Source: Bigelowiella natans CCMP2755
Lineage: Eukaryota; Protista; Cercozoa
Reading direction: 5' to 3'
DNA length: 64,000 nucleotides
NCBI GenBank assembly: GCA_000320545.1
Contig: ADNK01000048.1
Coordinates: 145,931-209,930, forward strand
The notes beneath the pieces are model-generated. The model did no database searches, had not been told where the DNA came from, and worked only from the letters and a program-made list of their open reading frames with translations. Below are positions 1-16,000 of this stretch, piece by piece. Position numbers and translations under genes: made by a program. The number at the start of each line of letters is the position of its first letter. Within the stretch, counting starts at the first letter, position 1.

Positions 1-55
1 TTCATAATATCGGCGTGATTTTCCCGTTTACAGCGATCGTAAGATTGAGATTCAG

Positions 56-865
56 AGGAGGTCTTTCGAGTTGGTAAGCTAATTCTTGAGCTCCGAATAC
101 ACACACACACACACACACGCACGCACGCACGCACGCACGCACTCACTCTCAAACACAGAAATATAATCGATCATAGATATATTTTCTGAAGAGCATCACG
201 TGCGCGCCGCGTATGTATTTTTCTCAGTCAATACACCAATTGTTGTCGTCATTATTCGGGATTTTGTCTCCGGAACTATTATTTCATCATATGATACTTG
301 ACTTGACGTTGCCAGGAAAGCAACTCCCCGGTGCGCGGCGGTGGTCAGCAGAACTATTTCTCACAGCCGCGTGCACATGACTCCCCCGTGCGACCGCGCG
401 CTCAAGACGAAGGGCGCTTTCGTAAGTATTTGCACTTCCCTGAACAAAAATAGGAGACACTTTCACCAACTTTTGGGCATGCAATTCTCCGTCTTACTCC
501 CCTCCCGTCCATATCTCATTCTCAAACGTCTTTTCTAAGATGATGCCGGCGGCGGCGGGGATTTTGGTATTGGAGCTGCCCGCGGTGGTCTCGGGGGTGA
601 CGACAGAGGCGCTGTGAACAACAGAAGGCACGGTCGAGGTCTTGCAGACTTAGGGGGCGGCGGGCGTGATTCAGCTGCGTTGGCAAGGAGGAGGAAATAT
701 TGCGATGTAAGTTTTCTCATTTCTCCCCCGTCCTTTCTCTATCAGTCTGTATGGGGGTGGGTGGGGATACACGATCAATACTGATCAAACAACTAATATC
801 AGGAGCTCGCGCAGCAGATCAAAGAGAAGGTATGGCATGTGATATGTCAAAGAGCGAGGAGAGGG

Positions 866-902
<37 letters not shown>

Positions 903-2637
903 AAAGAAGACAGTAATGGTCCAGGAGGAAAAGGAGCATGGCACTTCGATATATTTTGAGATTATTCTGCTCTGCTGCAGGAGGAACGAAAGAGGCGTGA
1001 GAAGGAGAAGAAACGGCTCGAGGATGAAAGGGTATGCAGAACATCAAATATGATAGTTGTACGAGAAAGTTCTCACTTTTTGATACAAATCTTATTATTC
1101 ATGAATATTGGTGGCATGGCTTGATTTGTGGCTTTTTACTTCTTTGTGCTTCGCCGACGACGGCAGGATGAGCGCAATGTCCGCGAGTACATTCCATACG
1201 GGGGCCAGAAAAAGGTGTGTTGTCTTTAACTAAAGCGCTATAAACCCGAGGGAGGCAAGCTCATTGAAAAGGGAGAAACAGAATCGTCTCTGTTTCAATG
1301 GGATAATAGCATATTATACTATAAATGCCTCTTTGTAAGCATGGTGAGGATATTGCACTTGAATTAAATTCTCCTTTCGGTTGCCGGCATCAATGTTTCA
1401 ACAAGAATGTTTCAATGTGTTAAGTTCTTCGCAAATTATTGAGTGCGAGGAGGAGGAGGAGGAGGAGGAGGAGGAGAGCACTATTTACCAACGCTTTTGA
1501 CATAAATTATTGCTTATGATGAGGTGGTGTTGCATGCAGGGTTCGAATGGCAGACGAGATCCCAACCAGACCGCCTCAAGTAAGTGCAATAGAGGAAAAT
1601 TTGGCATAGGAAAAGAGCTGCATTGACGCTCGAAACGCCAAAGCTGTGGCTGCTCTCGCCGCATACATAGAGACAGCATCAACTTTGTAGTATCTTGACG
1701 ATTTTATGCTGTCTACGGCTGCTGCAGGTATGGAGGGTAATCAACGCCGCGGAGGGGGAGTTTTACCCGGAAATTTACCGAAAGATCCGCGGCCAAGTCA
1801 GCGGGACAACAGTATGTTAAACATAGGCGGCGGCGAAGCGGAGCAGGTTGTAGTTAGTAAATTTACAAAGATGGTTCACTCTCTGTCCTATCCCGTGTGT
1901 ATTTCGTGTCCTTCGAGACTGGTGTTTATGAGGAGCTTTCTGGCTGTGTCGTTGCATTCCTTTCTAGCGCTCCTCTTCTTCTGCTGTAAAACGCAAAATA
2001 TGGAAAGCTTGGGTGCGACTTATTTTCATCATGCGCGATCTAGGGCAGCAGATGATCGTCGGCGTATTCTGCTGCTTCTTCGCCCTTTTCTTTTTGTGAT
2101 GGAACCTGTTGCTTGGAAGTTTACTTTTCATTTTCTTCCCATCCGCTCTTGATGCGAGAGCAGAATCGTAGGGTTCAACAGCAGTTGGCTTATCGTGAGG
2201 AGCTCAAGCGCCAAGCGGACGACGCGAAGAGGAGGAAAAAGGTGGAGAACATATTTCGATACTAAAGTCCTGTAAAGTTGTTTCTCCTCCTCGTAAATGC
2301 ACACGTTATCCATCGGTCTAGGTCCTCGCGGTGTACATTGAACCACAAACAAGAGCAGACAATGTGCTGATATATGTTCATTATATGGGGATATTCACAG
2401 GAGGCAGAAGAAAGGCGAAAGAGGGAGGATGAAGCTTTAGAAGTGAGTAGACCTGGCTATACAGATGGATATGCTGACAGGCTTGTTTGAGAGTGCGTGT
2501 TGGCCCCTCCTAATCAACTAAAATTTACGTGTAGGCAAAGATAAAACGGGATCTTCGAGGAGGGGGAGAGACGAAGCTAAGGGGGAGGTGCAAACTGATG
2601 TGAAGTGGTTATTGGCATGTACTGCTTTTTCTTCTAT

Positions 2638-2679
<42 letters not shown>

Positions 2680-5600
2680 TGCATTTTCAATATCTCCACC
2701 AATGCCGCATAGGAGTCTTGTGTGAAAGGTTGTCTCTCCCCCTCAAGTTGCCCTTTTACTCCTTCCAGATCCAGCTTCGGAGGAGATGCAGCAAACGCAA
2801 AACATAACGGCGGCCCCTCTAACAACGTTAGCCCCAAGATGTCGAACAAAAAGGACCTTTTCGGTGGCACGGTGGATGCCAGCAATGTCCCCCCAGGCCT
2901 TGATGGAAATGATAACAACACCATGGGAGGGCTAGCGGGCGATGGGCCTATAATTCCTAATGCAAACCCCATTGTAGGCGAGGTGAACCAGAACTTGGAA
3001 GGTAGTAGAAAAGGAAATAGCAGTGAATGAAATGACATATACCATAAAATATTCGCATAATAGGACTCCGATAAGTTTAACTGTATGCTAAATAATTTTG
3101 CCTGCGACAAATCCTGTTGCGAGCACGAGTGCATCAGCTCAAATGGGTGTTTTTACATTCTTCTCACCGTTGTCGTCGTCGTTGTCGCCGTTGTCGCCAT
3201 CCTCCTCAAATTAGGAATGGAAGCTGGCTTTGGTCGCATGGGAATGGGTCCGATGGGAATACCTGGCGAGGGAGGGCCAGTAGGTGTGAAATATGTTACC
3301 AGTTTGTAGCTACTCCCTCCCGCTCCCTTTCTCCCCCCCCTCCACCCCCCTCTCTCTCTCTCTGCGCTATCTTACAAATACTACCACACATATTGCTTCT
3401 ACAATATGTTTACAGCAGGCATGGGGGGAATGGGAGGTATGATGGGCGGCGGCGGCGCCGGGATGATGGGCGGGTTGGGAGGGCTGAACATGGTGCTTCA
3501 AGAGGTGAAAGCAATGAAACAGGAGCAGATCGCCACCAACCAGCTCCTGCAGAGACAGGCCATGGATAAGCTGCAGAAGGAGGCAGAGGAAGCGAAGAAA
3601 GAGACTGAAAAGGCCAAGGAGGAGCTACGTAAGATTCGAGAGCAGATCCAAGAGAAGAAACAGGCCCCGACACCTAAAGCGTCGGATCCCTCCCAGGACA
3701 CATTTGGGTCGGCAGTGCGTGGGTTGAGGCGACGGCGTATTTCCAGCCGCCCAACAACTGCTGCGCACCTGGAACAGGAGCAGCACCATCACAACCTACC
3801 ATTGCCCGAGGGGCTTCAATTAAGGCAAAGTGTTGCGATGCAGCTGGGCGTTCTGAAGGATCTAAACATCCGACTCGACGAGAGTGTTATGGTAGACGGC
3901 AAGAAGTCCCTCGGTCGCGGCGCAAGGGAAGAAAGAGGACTGAGGCTATCGCGAAAGAAAAAGCCGATGGACGCCCTTGACTTGGAGTTGCACCGGCTCA
4001 GTAATAAGTCTCCAAAGCTGCTCGGTCCACAGAGCTCTCGCCTTCACACTGCGAACAGTAGAGGGACAGGCAACTACAAGAATAAGATGAAGGATAACAG
4101 GCCGTGGAGTCAGGAAACGTAATATCCTAAAGATTTACTTCTCCCCGCTCTACTTTTCCGTTTATGTTACTATTTTTATGCATAAACATTTCAACGAAGG
4201 AGATCAGTATGCATCTCCTCGCTCTCTTTCCCTCTTTCTCCTCTTCCTAATTGCAATCACGAACAGGTACTCGGACTTCTCAAAGAGTATAAGGGGCGGC
4301 AAATATCCCGTGCTAGTCTCTACGGCGTCTCGCTTGATGGAGAGTCTCACACCGAAGACCAGGAAGTCGATGATGTTGGATAAATCAATGAAGGGCATAT
4401 CTGAGCTGGTGCCGTTCGAAGATGATGGTTCCATTATGCACTCATCGCTTCGGAGCCAAACAAAAGAAATGACAAAGGTGCACAAGAGCAATTATTTGTT
4501 GGGCTTGCCCTTTGAGCAGCCTGTGCTTCTTCTAAGAGCCTGTGCTTATTTCAAGAATATTGTCGGATTTATTTAAGACTACCCATGGATTTTCAATGGA
4601 ACCCATAGTGCTGATGACAGATAGGCGTCTGTCGTAGAACATATGAATGATTCGTTGTGATCTCAAAAATCAATCTTTACATTCCAAATCTACTGGGTTC
4701 AATAGAATTTCTACCAGAGATCTGATGTAGTCTTAATCATCGTTTTCTTCTTCTTCTTCTTCTTCTTCTTCTTCTTTGTCGTCGGTGTCGTCGTCGTTGT
4801 CGTCATTTCTTTTCTGGCAGGTTCTAAAATCGTTGCAAGGTCGCAGCGAGTTCGTATATCCGGAGGAGTCGGAGCTGTCGATGATGGATGCTTCGGTTCT
4901 CGGCCACGACGGCACTCGCGCTGGCAGGATGCCAGAGAGCAAGATAGATGAGGACCAAACGACGCCGGTCACACCTGAAACAGAATTTCATGTACAGCGT
5001 CCAACCGACGCAACACCGCGAGCGGCAGCGGCGGGGCCAGGGACGGGGGCGAGGGCAGGGGCGGGGTTGACGAATCATAATGAGCAAAGAAGTAGCAGAA
5101 GGCAACCTCCGCGGAGAAACGACAGACCACCCTCAGAAGGCAATCCTTCCTTGATTAACAAGCCTATGACACCTTCTGCAGTCGGGGAACCTTCCCGGGT
5201 GGGAACGCCTTCAACGCTGCTGGGTCCGGATATTGACATCGATCGGCTAATGCCGTCGCTGGAGGACAAGCTAAGGAAGTTGGAAGAGGCGGACAAAGTG
5301 CAGCAACAACCGGGTGAGCTGCAACGAACCAACAGCCAGCAGAAAGCTGATGCGAGGGACATGATAGCAAAGTTTCTTCAAAAGGATAAGCCACACAGAC
5401 CAAATTCTAGATACGATGCCAAGCAATCGGTGACATCGGTTAATCTTTCTGTTGCTCCGACCCCGACGCGCCTGAGATCCAACAACGACGTCCCCAACCT
5501 GGCAGGTGAGTCGAGGTGGGTAAATGCAAGCGTCATGGGATCTACAAATACGAATCCGACCTTTATGGAAGACAGCACGGGTGGGGGTCTAATAAGCGAA

Positions 5601-5732
5601 AGTCACTACGATAATAATCCCCACCGTTTAGATAATGTTAAAAACGGCGGAGGCGATACGCATGAAGAGGACCCCAACGATTTAATCGACAGCCTTGGAA
5701 GCTACAATCCTCCTGACGACCTTTATAAATAA
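56..5732 (+). CDS. Multi-exon coiled-coil protein, CSPP1/CCDC66-like (centrosome/cilium); 5' end probably upstream of the window
   Basis: Spliced exons give ELAQQIKEK|EERKRREKEKKRLEDER|DERNVREYIPYGG and QQQLAYREELKRQADDAKRRKK|EAEERRKREDEALE, resembling the repeated 'Y..EL..QI.EK..RK' motif of CCDC66/CSPP1. Large exons match ORFs 3406-4122 and 4776-5732; stop TAA at 5730-5732. Confidence 0.6.
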
Positions 5733-6026
5733 TTGCTATTGTTTTATTATTACATCGTTACCTACCAGTCAAGTTACCAAGTTTTGCTGGCACCATGCAT
5801 ACACGCATGTGTATCATATTTACAGGGGCACAATAGACTATAGATGTACGTGCGCTGCGCATTCATTATGCTAATTTTAGTTTTATAGAAGAAGCTTGAA
5901 CAACCTATTGCCGTTACATCCAACAGCTCACCATGCCACATTCTAGCACTGCCTGACTATGCGATGATAGCCGATGATAGCCTTGATAGCACCAAGGGAT
6001 TATTCTAGCGGAGATTTGAGGGTGTA

Positions 6027-6497
6027 AAAATTAGAGACTCGCCGGGGTGCAAGAGCAAACTAAATCAAAGCAAAATGCAGAAAATCGTTCGCGCGAGGGT
6101 GCAAGTGTTGGCAACCATTTGCACCCTTGGAATCCCTGCAGCACACACCAATGAGCGCAAAGTCCATGTCCAGCGCAGCGAGTGATGTGCTGACACAAGT
6201 CACAAACTGACGGCCTCGACTGTCTACTGCTGGTCTAGCTAGCTAGCTAGCTGTGCGCACACGTGCGCATCCACTCGATGAATCCAGGCCGGCCGCAACA
6301 TGCGATGTGCCACGTGCCACGTCATGTGACACATGCGCCCGCCGCCATATGTCGTCCATGCACTGTGACAACAAGATGAAATGCGAGGGACATTGATGAC
6401 ACATGATGCCTTCACACGCGCACATGGCATGCTAGCGCATGCACAAAAGATTCAATGGCGGAAAACGAACAGTTGCATTGCAGCATGGGCACTGTCG
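6027..6497. repeat. TpA-depleted, CATG/GCTAGC-rich intergenic tract (degenerate repeat relic)
   Basis: By hand count, 9 TpA in 471 nt, 8 of them in CTA/TAG context. Lies between convergent genes. Confidence 0.65.
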
Positions 6498-6949
6498 TAA
6501 ACCGCGCGTGGCATTGCACATTAACGTTAGGATGATAATTGAAGGTATTTAATTAACCAATTACATCCGTCTTAATTAATGCACGATGCAATGATGGAAG
6601 TGCATAGCTACTTCGCTATCGATCGCATGCACGCGCGGGCGGGCGTGTCTATGCTGTTGACATCATGCCAAGCACTCATTACGTCGGCAGCCAGGCAAAA
6701 TGGTGTGCTCGCGTGGCAATGCTATGGCAATGCGTGTATATTGAGTGTTTTTGGTGCTCGAATTATTCTTGATCCACCTCTGTGGATGTTCATCGCATTG
6801 CATGCTTACTATTCTATTTACATTCCACTCTTTCCTTCGTATTAGACTATTGATACCTCGATGTACTGGGGAAATATGTAGGGAAACTGCACACACATAC
6901 CAATATTCTAACATTGACATTGAGCTATAATTGCAAGTAACAGTTCTCT

Positions 6950-8951
6950 TCAAGCAGCCAAAAGAAACAAGCCCGCGATCAGGAAACCGAACAAAATTCT
7001 TGGCAAACGGTATTTTGCGCCAATGATTCCTTTAAAGCTCTTGTGGTTAGATATTTCTTCGAACTTATATCAAAGTTCTCCAGTTGCTACGCCGATGGAA
7101 AACATAAATCATTTGGAAATGATCAATTCTGCCTTGTGACATGTATCAGTCGTATCGCATACTCATAGGACCGTGAAGATAGGTTTTTATGTGTTCGTAT
7201 AGCACCAATCAATCCCCCTCTCTCCTTCTTAAGCCAAGCTACCCAATCTCAACGAGGAAAAATGAAAAGATAAGTCTGTTGTGTGTTTGTACTGTGGTCT
7301 TCAAAATACTTTTTTCAGCGATTCTTTTGATTTGAAGCTCTTTTTCCCTCGCAGCATGAGAACAGGGGCTATTTCAATATCTGTTGATGAAAAAAATCAA
7401 GTTTTTATTTTCTCGTGCAAATATGTTATGCACATACGCATACATAAACACAGACTTAGAAACACACACACACGCACACACACCCACACACACGTACGCA
7501 ACACACAAATAAAGTGAAAAACACATATATGCTATTGTACGTGTTATATAGGTGTGCGAGAAGTTGTTCGGTATGCAACAAAAGTCGTTTAGACACCGTA
7601 AACTCCGGGGGATATTTCCTCTTCCAGATTGCAGGGCATAAGCTCCAGAGTCCTAAATAAAAGGTAGCAACAGGGAATGAACATCAATTGTAATAAGTAC
7701 TTCCCAAATCGTCGGTATCGAGGAGCGCTGGACTAGATATATCACTTTCTTCCTTTCGGAATTGTCAGCAACATCGGTTGCAATCTCGCCCTGTGACACG
7801 ACTTTGTAGTTATACCGCTCGATCAGATACCACTAGTGTATCTGATACGTACGCTCTCTCTTCATATACATAAACTACTCTTGATGCTATGTTTGGAAAA
7901 TTGGAGGGAGTTACGATTCGGTCTTGAAGAGCATAAGCACCGGCATTATGTATTCCCTATCGCCTCGTTTCCACCGCACCAAGCCAGCTTTCAAGGCAAA
8001 TTCATTTGAACGATGGGAAAACACAATATTTCTTCGGTGAAATCTATGATGGCAGGGTTGATGATGGTGCAGAATGAAAGCTGTTACATGTAGCTTATGG
8101 TGATATTTACCGGAAACAAAATTCACGAGGTCTTTACGCTCGAAGCCCCTCGTAATGCGAGCTATGTGCGATATTATGGAATGTATTTTAAAAGTAAGGC
8201 ACAGCTATGACTGAAGGTGCCTTTAAATGGACGAGATATGTAAGACCACTATATCGTTAGCATGCATATATATGACCCTAGAACTGATTAAATATCTTCA
8301 ATTTTTTCTTCCTTTTCATTCTCTTTTCATACTGACAATGCGCGATTTACGCACCAAGAATCGTCCGGATGCCGATATCTTGCATCAGGAGTGTCCCGTC
8401 GAATGTTGTTACCTGAGAAAGGATAAGAATGATGAGGGAAGAGGAAAGGAGGATATGATGTGTAAAGAGCAATGACGAAACAATTGTGGATCGGTGATCG
8501 ATATGATGTTACTTTCGCCGGAAGGAATACGGCCTCCATTCTATACTTCGAGCAAGTGTCCCTCAGCACGGATGGCTCATCTCTGTACAGAATAATTGGA
8601 AGGCAGATAAATGGTGATAATGAGCAGGTAATATATCATAATATTCGACGTTAAGACCTAGCCATCGAAGCGGTTTTTTGAAGCTTCCTGTCCAGATTGA
8701 TTTGCTTACCCCTGACAAGAAAACGCTCGACTGAGATATCCTTATCGTAAATTAAAGGACTCTATTTTGACCTGCACTTCTCGGTACAGAACTCGTGGTC
8801 CCCGTACATAAAGGTTGACTGATGAAAAGGGATGAGGAGGCGTGTAAAGTGTTTTTTGTTTTATTCAAGAAAAAAAAATCAACACCTCCCCGAGTATCCG
8901 TCTTCCACAGCCAAAGCACGCAGGCTCTTTCCTGAGGGCTTCATCATTCAC
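6950..8951 (-). CDS. Multi-exon protein with an N-terminal FLZ/FCS-like zinc finger; first exon and 3' end uncertain
   Basis: Exons 8951-8886 and 8818-8772 splice (GT-AG, in phase) to VNDEALRKEPACFGCGRRILGESTFMYGDHEFCTEKCR. Further open segments include DEPSVLRDTCSKYRMEAVFLPAK|VTTFDGTLLMQDIGIRTILG and YLIERYNYKVVSQGEIATDV. Confidence 0.6.
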
Positions 8952-9693
8952 CTATGGTGTACGTTCGAGTCAAGCCATCTTTCATAGATAGGGTGTAGCG
9001 CGTTCCCGTTGCCCCAGCACACACGAAAACAAGAATTGCGCTAGGTATTCATCAGCAGGCACCGAGCGTAGGTATTGTGCGAAAGATGGAGAGTTGTTTC
9101 AACGATGGACCAGATCATTGCCAACATCTTCGACGGCAGCATGGCCGATGGAATCCGTCTGTGGCATCCCTCCCTGCTCGGTCCTTGTTCCTTGTTGTTC
9201 GTTGTTTCGGGGGAAGGAAAGATGCGTCCAACTCGAAAGCTAAGAGAAGACCAAGCTCCACAGTGTCGAGTTCCCGCTCCAGGCACAAGAAAGAGCAGAA
9301 AAAAGAGACTGCCTCTGCAAAATGGAGGAGGAATTACTGGTAAGACAACAGTCAAATTCATGTCTAACAAAGATATTCTCCAAACTCGAGTCAGTTCCTC
9401 AAGCGGCGACCGATCTGGAAAAAATGGTACCGTTCATTGCAGTACCCCTTCGACATGCTAACATTGGAGGCGATGGGACAAAACTACGTACGATTTTCAT
9501 CTTGCGACAATTGTTACATGGCTGTTTACCACAACGAGTCTCAGGTCAGGTGCGCGTCTTGAGGACGCCAAAATCAAAATTCGGCAGTCCAAAAGCTGCT
9601 TGGAGCTGTAGAATGTGAATGGAATTTAAAGGCTATTTTTCACGTACGACAACGTACGAATCGCTCGTAAATCCCGTGCCCCCCCTGCAAATT

Positions 9694-11443
<1,750 letters not shown>

Positions 11444-12037
11444 TCATGGGAGACGAAAATTGACTCGTGCAGAAGTTTATACGATTCATCTAGAAAGGGC
11501 AAAAGAACGGTCAAATAGTTGGCCTGAGAATCATGTTGCATGATTTATTCAAGAAAAAGTGTTAAGAATAACAATGTGGTCCTGCCACTACAAGCGCATA
11601 TGCACATGTAGGCAATGCAATCCTGAGCATCGAAAGCATACACTTCAATATAACATAAAATTCGCCGACTTGCTTTCGTTTGATTTCTGTATCGCTCGAA
11701 ATAAAGAAGTAACATCTTGACCACGTCGTAATTGTATGTGTGTGTGCACGCTACACGGTGAAGAGCAAAGCAACTGTTAGCAACTCGTAGCATGCACCTC
11801 ACACAATTCGTGCGAAATTATCGAATCAAGCTACACGTACACAAATGGCTTACAAAACTCTGTAAGGGTTGCAATAGCGTGACGCAACCTCGCTAGCTCG
11901 CCGCGGTAGACAAGTCAGATATAAGTAGCTGCTTATTGTAGCTTATAACAGCAGCGCGTAGCACACTCGGGTGCATGCATACATATAGCATATACTATCA
12001 TATCTACATTAGAAAGACCATTGAAAGAATTTAATCG

Positions 12038-12056
12038 TTTCATTACATCCGTCTCA
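12038..12056 (+). repeat. Dispersed motif TTTCATTACATCCGTCTCA (identical at 56212-56230; 13-nt core at 6560-6572)
   Basis: Direct sequence identity between intergenic regions. Confidence 0.8.
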
Positions 12057-12599
12057 TACTATTATATCATGATGCATCAACCAGAGTAACGGGTATGTAT
12101 GACCCAATGATAGCGACGTAAGCAGCGCCTATGCACGTGTTCGCGATTTCACGACTCTTTTTTTATCTGTTGGCTGCATGTCTGTCTGCATACAGCATTG
12201 ACTTTTAACGCTTGCGAGCATTGGATCAACGTATACGGTAAGTCCTCGGCTTCGGTTTCTTATACTATTGGGTGCAAATGTGTGGCGGCCATGTCACTAC
12301 GACCGATATAATGTGAAACAAAAGCAGTATCCTCAGAGTAAAGCTTCATAGCAGCTTCCCAGGTGCTGCGTAACAGCATGCAGCAAAATATCACATGAAA
12401 TCTTATCAAAGCCTTGCGATGGTGAGACTTAGCGCACAACTGTAGAGCGAATGTTAGTTGTTTTTCTAAAATAAATCTATCGGTCTCTCATTCGATTTGA
12501 AGGGGATCCCGTGTGTTTGTGTTTGGCGGAGAACTAGTGCGAAACACGAAAGGTAATGAGAAGTTACCACAACCACGTCACAACGTAAATCACGGAAAG

Positions 12600-12973
12600 G
12601 CCTTATCTTGACGACGCTACATAATACAGAGATGCACACTACCTCTGATTACTGTAGTATCTTGTGTAAAGCATACTCGAGTTCCTACGCCGTTGGGCAG
12701 TAGAGGAGCAAATAAAACCCATAAAATAACCAAATCCATAACCTCGTCACCTCATGAAGTCGTTAATCATCATCGCAGTAGTCATCGTCGTCATTCTCAC
12801 TATGTATGTTGTCAGCATTTTCTTTGTTGTTGATTATTCGGATGGGACAAACGTGTTATGCTGAGAGTCCGGGTTGCTCCCGTCGAGGGGGAAGATGTCG
12901 TTCAGTGTGAGGTTTCTCGGGAGGGCTGGCAGCGAGGAATCTCGAGAAATTCTACCCAGCATATATACAACAT

Positions 12974-13010
<37 letters not shown>

Positions 13011-16000
13011 AACACAAACACACATTAACCACGTCAACACACGTGAGGAAGGCCCACGTTCAAAAGCGGACTTTTGTACGGCACTGGCAATGCATACTCT
13101 TTCAGAAGGCTGTGGATCTGTAGCGAGAGGGATGAATTCACCGCGCCAACGTGAGTGTAGTGCCTGGTAGGAACAACAACCGTGCAAACATACAAATATT
13201 TGCATACGATATTACAATGTATACACGTATTTACAATGTGTTATAATATTGCACAAAAACTTGAATTTCAGGGGACTGCGAAGATTGGAGAGTTGTCATA
13301 TAGCATAGCAGAACACGCATCCCCTCTTCTTCATCCTATACGGTACTACTGCTTTATCATCGACCAATCTCACCCAATAGTGTTCTCGAGCCCCCCGCAA
13401 AATCGGTGTTGAGGCAGGAAATGGAGATTGAAAGGATTCTAATGGAGGCAGTTGTAAGTATGGTTTTTAAGTAGTAGTGAGACTAGTAGTGAGACTGTTT
13501 CTCGAGGGTAACATTATATATTGCACTCAAGACTCTTTCTGCACCTCATAGTGGCCCATTTCGAGCCTCCAGAGCGAAACCTTTGAAGAAAGAGATAATG
13601 AATAAACGGTGAATAAACGGTGAATCATGTAATAGTAACAATGGTGGCATGAGATGCTATGGCCACGAATAGTATTCCGGATGGTGTAGCTGTCTATTCT
13701 GGCTTCTCCTACTACTTCCTGCTAACACTACTTCCTGCTAATACTACTACTACTACTACTGCTGCTGCTGTGCTGTACACGTACTCTGAGCTTTTGAAGA
13801 AAAGTACCAAACGGGACAGGATTTCTATGGCAAACGTTCAACCAAAGAGATGTGAAAACGTGCCAACAACATTCCCAACAACCAACACATAAAGGCTGAC
13901 TAATAGACAGAGACACGGGGATGAGAAAGGGGAAGGGCTCGCATTCAGATCTAGCAGTATCACGTCGTCCAAGCCTTCTCGATTATATTACTGAATGTAG
14001 TAGAGATCTTCAAAGTTCTCGCAGTTTCCATTGGGAACCGTGAGCCCGGGATTGCCTTTATATATGTTCAGAACAAATCAATCATCTTTCGATTCAAATG
14101 CACAGCTTTCCAAAGAAGACTGATGATCTCGAGTGCGGGCAATTTTTTTCGAAAGAGTGACTATTTTCCTCGCTGACAAGCACCGCGTAATGGTGCGGTT
14201 GCTCTCTGCGCGTCGCTGTTGCATACGACATGTTGGTAGGGCGAAGATCAGAGGAAATTCGAATCTCAAGGAGGCATGTACTGGTTTCCATCCAGATGCA
14301 GCTGCTGCTGCTATACTGCTAATACCACTACTTTCACGACGAATCGGACGTCGGTAACACTATTATAACTACTTTCCATGCAGCCGGGAGTCGGATGATA
14401 CGTTTTGTACTCGATGCACGGGCTATCCTCGTGCTGAGATTATGCGAAGAGGAGGAGGAAGGAGGAGAAAGAGGGTTACATTATGAGGTGTAGAAGCTAT
14501 CCAAACAGCAGGAGCAGCAGCATCAGCAGCGGTATCAATCGCACATTGACGCATTTGGAGATGTAAGCAGAAAGGAGTCGCTCCAAAGGGTCTCGAAGAA
14601 ACACAGCTTTTCTCCTGATTATGGTGGTGAAGAAGAAGCAGAGAGAGAAGAATCCAAGTCATATTCACACGCAGTAGCGCCAAAGTGACGAAATCGGAGT
14701 GATGGGGGGAGGGGGACGATGAGATTGACGATGATAAGAACGATTAAGTGATAAATGTGATTGAATCCAAAATAAGAACTTCTTCCCCATCTTTCTCTAT
14801 CGTTTACCAAGAGCTATTTTTCATGATTGCATTTAGATCTGTGGTGGAATATCCAAGCTCTTCGGGTCTACAACAGCGACAAATAGCAGTTATCCAGTCG
14901 ATCAGTAAGGGCATCTCATTTAGATTGGGCTCTTTTTTGTGGGGACGTGTATAGTGTCTGTGCTACTTACTGGCTAGCCCCAAGATCGTAAGGCGACTCC
15001 ACTTCATTTAGCCTGTAAAATATAAAGAGTTTCAATTTGCATGTGCATATATAATGTGCGCGTGCGTGCGTGTGTGTATTGATACATAAGTATGTCTTAA
15101 GCCACACACAGAAGTGATGATGGTGATAATGATAATTATGATAATGGAGATGCTGCCTAAACGAGATGGCGATAATGATGATAATCAGTTGACACTGATG
15201 ATGATGAGGATGATAATGATGATGATGATAGCGCTGCTGTTGCTGCCAGATACAACGAAAGTGTTATTGATAATAGATGACCACAGGACGACTACCTATT
15301 AAATAGAAGCGCCATATTCGTGTTTGCATTCTTGTCTATACGGCACATCAGGAGCCTGAAGTACATCATCATAGTTCCACGGCAACAATGAGCGAGTAGT
15401 TGTTGATGACGAGGATTACAATATCATCATATAATAACGGCGACTAAGGAGTGAATCTTGCTAAGTTTTCAGAGTGCTGTAACCATTGCGCTGTGTCCTT
15501 CAAAATGTCTTAGTTTTGAACATTACTTAAATGTTTTCAATCAAATTTTCGCAATGTTTCGAACCTCAGTTTGGGAACTATGAGCATGGACTCCAAGCCT
15601 CCATACCGTGGAATCTCCTCAACTAGCTCACTTGTTGCCTCTTTCTTCTCGTCACCAGAATTTGTTGTATTCTCGCGGAGGAAAGTCTTCCAGTCACGCT
15701 TCCATTCGTCCGGTACTTCTGATTCATATGGCACTTCGTCCGAATCTTCGGTAGCTGCAAGTGGCTCTTCTTCAAACAAGCTCTCGAAGCCGTGCTGCCG
15801 AACATTGGTCTTTTTTTTCCCTCGATTCGGCTGAGCATCCTGAACAACGTCTTTCTCTTCAACATTCTCGTTCTCGCTGCTTCCTCCTCCTTGGGGAGTC
15901 GAGAATCCATGCTTTCGGACTTTCCTCTTCTTCTTGGCGTTCGACCTTTGGCTTAGCGATGACGATGAGGAAGACTCAGGCGATGTAGAAGCAGTCCTTG

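Noticed and set aside
4608-4726. Possible intronic C/D snoRNA (TGATGA...CTGA)
   Set aside because: Imperfect C box, no convincing terminal stem, and no rRNA antisense element recognised.
8688-8709. 22-nt nucleomorph-like ultrashort intron GTAAGC...ACAG
   Set aside because: An alternative longer intron keeps a better reading frame; cannot be supported without RNA-seq.
9075-9618. Overlapping plus-strand ORFs upstream of NUDT21
   Set aside because: No recognisable domain; likely chance ORFs in a divergent promoter or UTR region.
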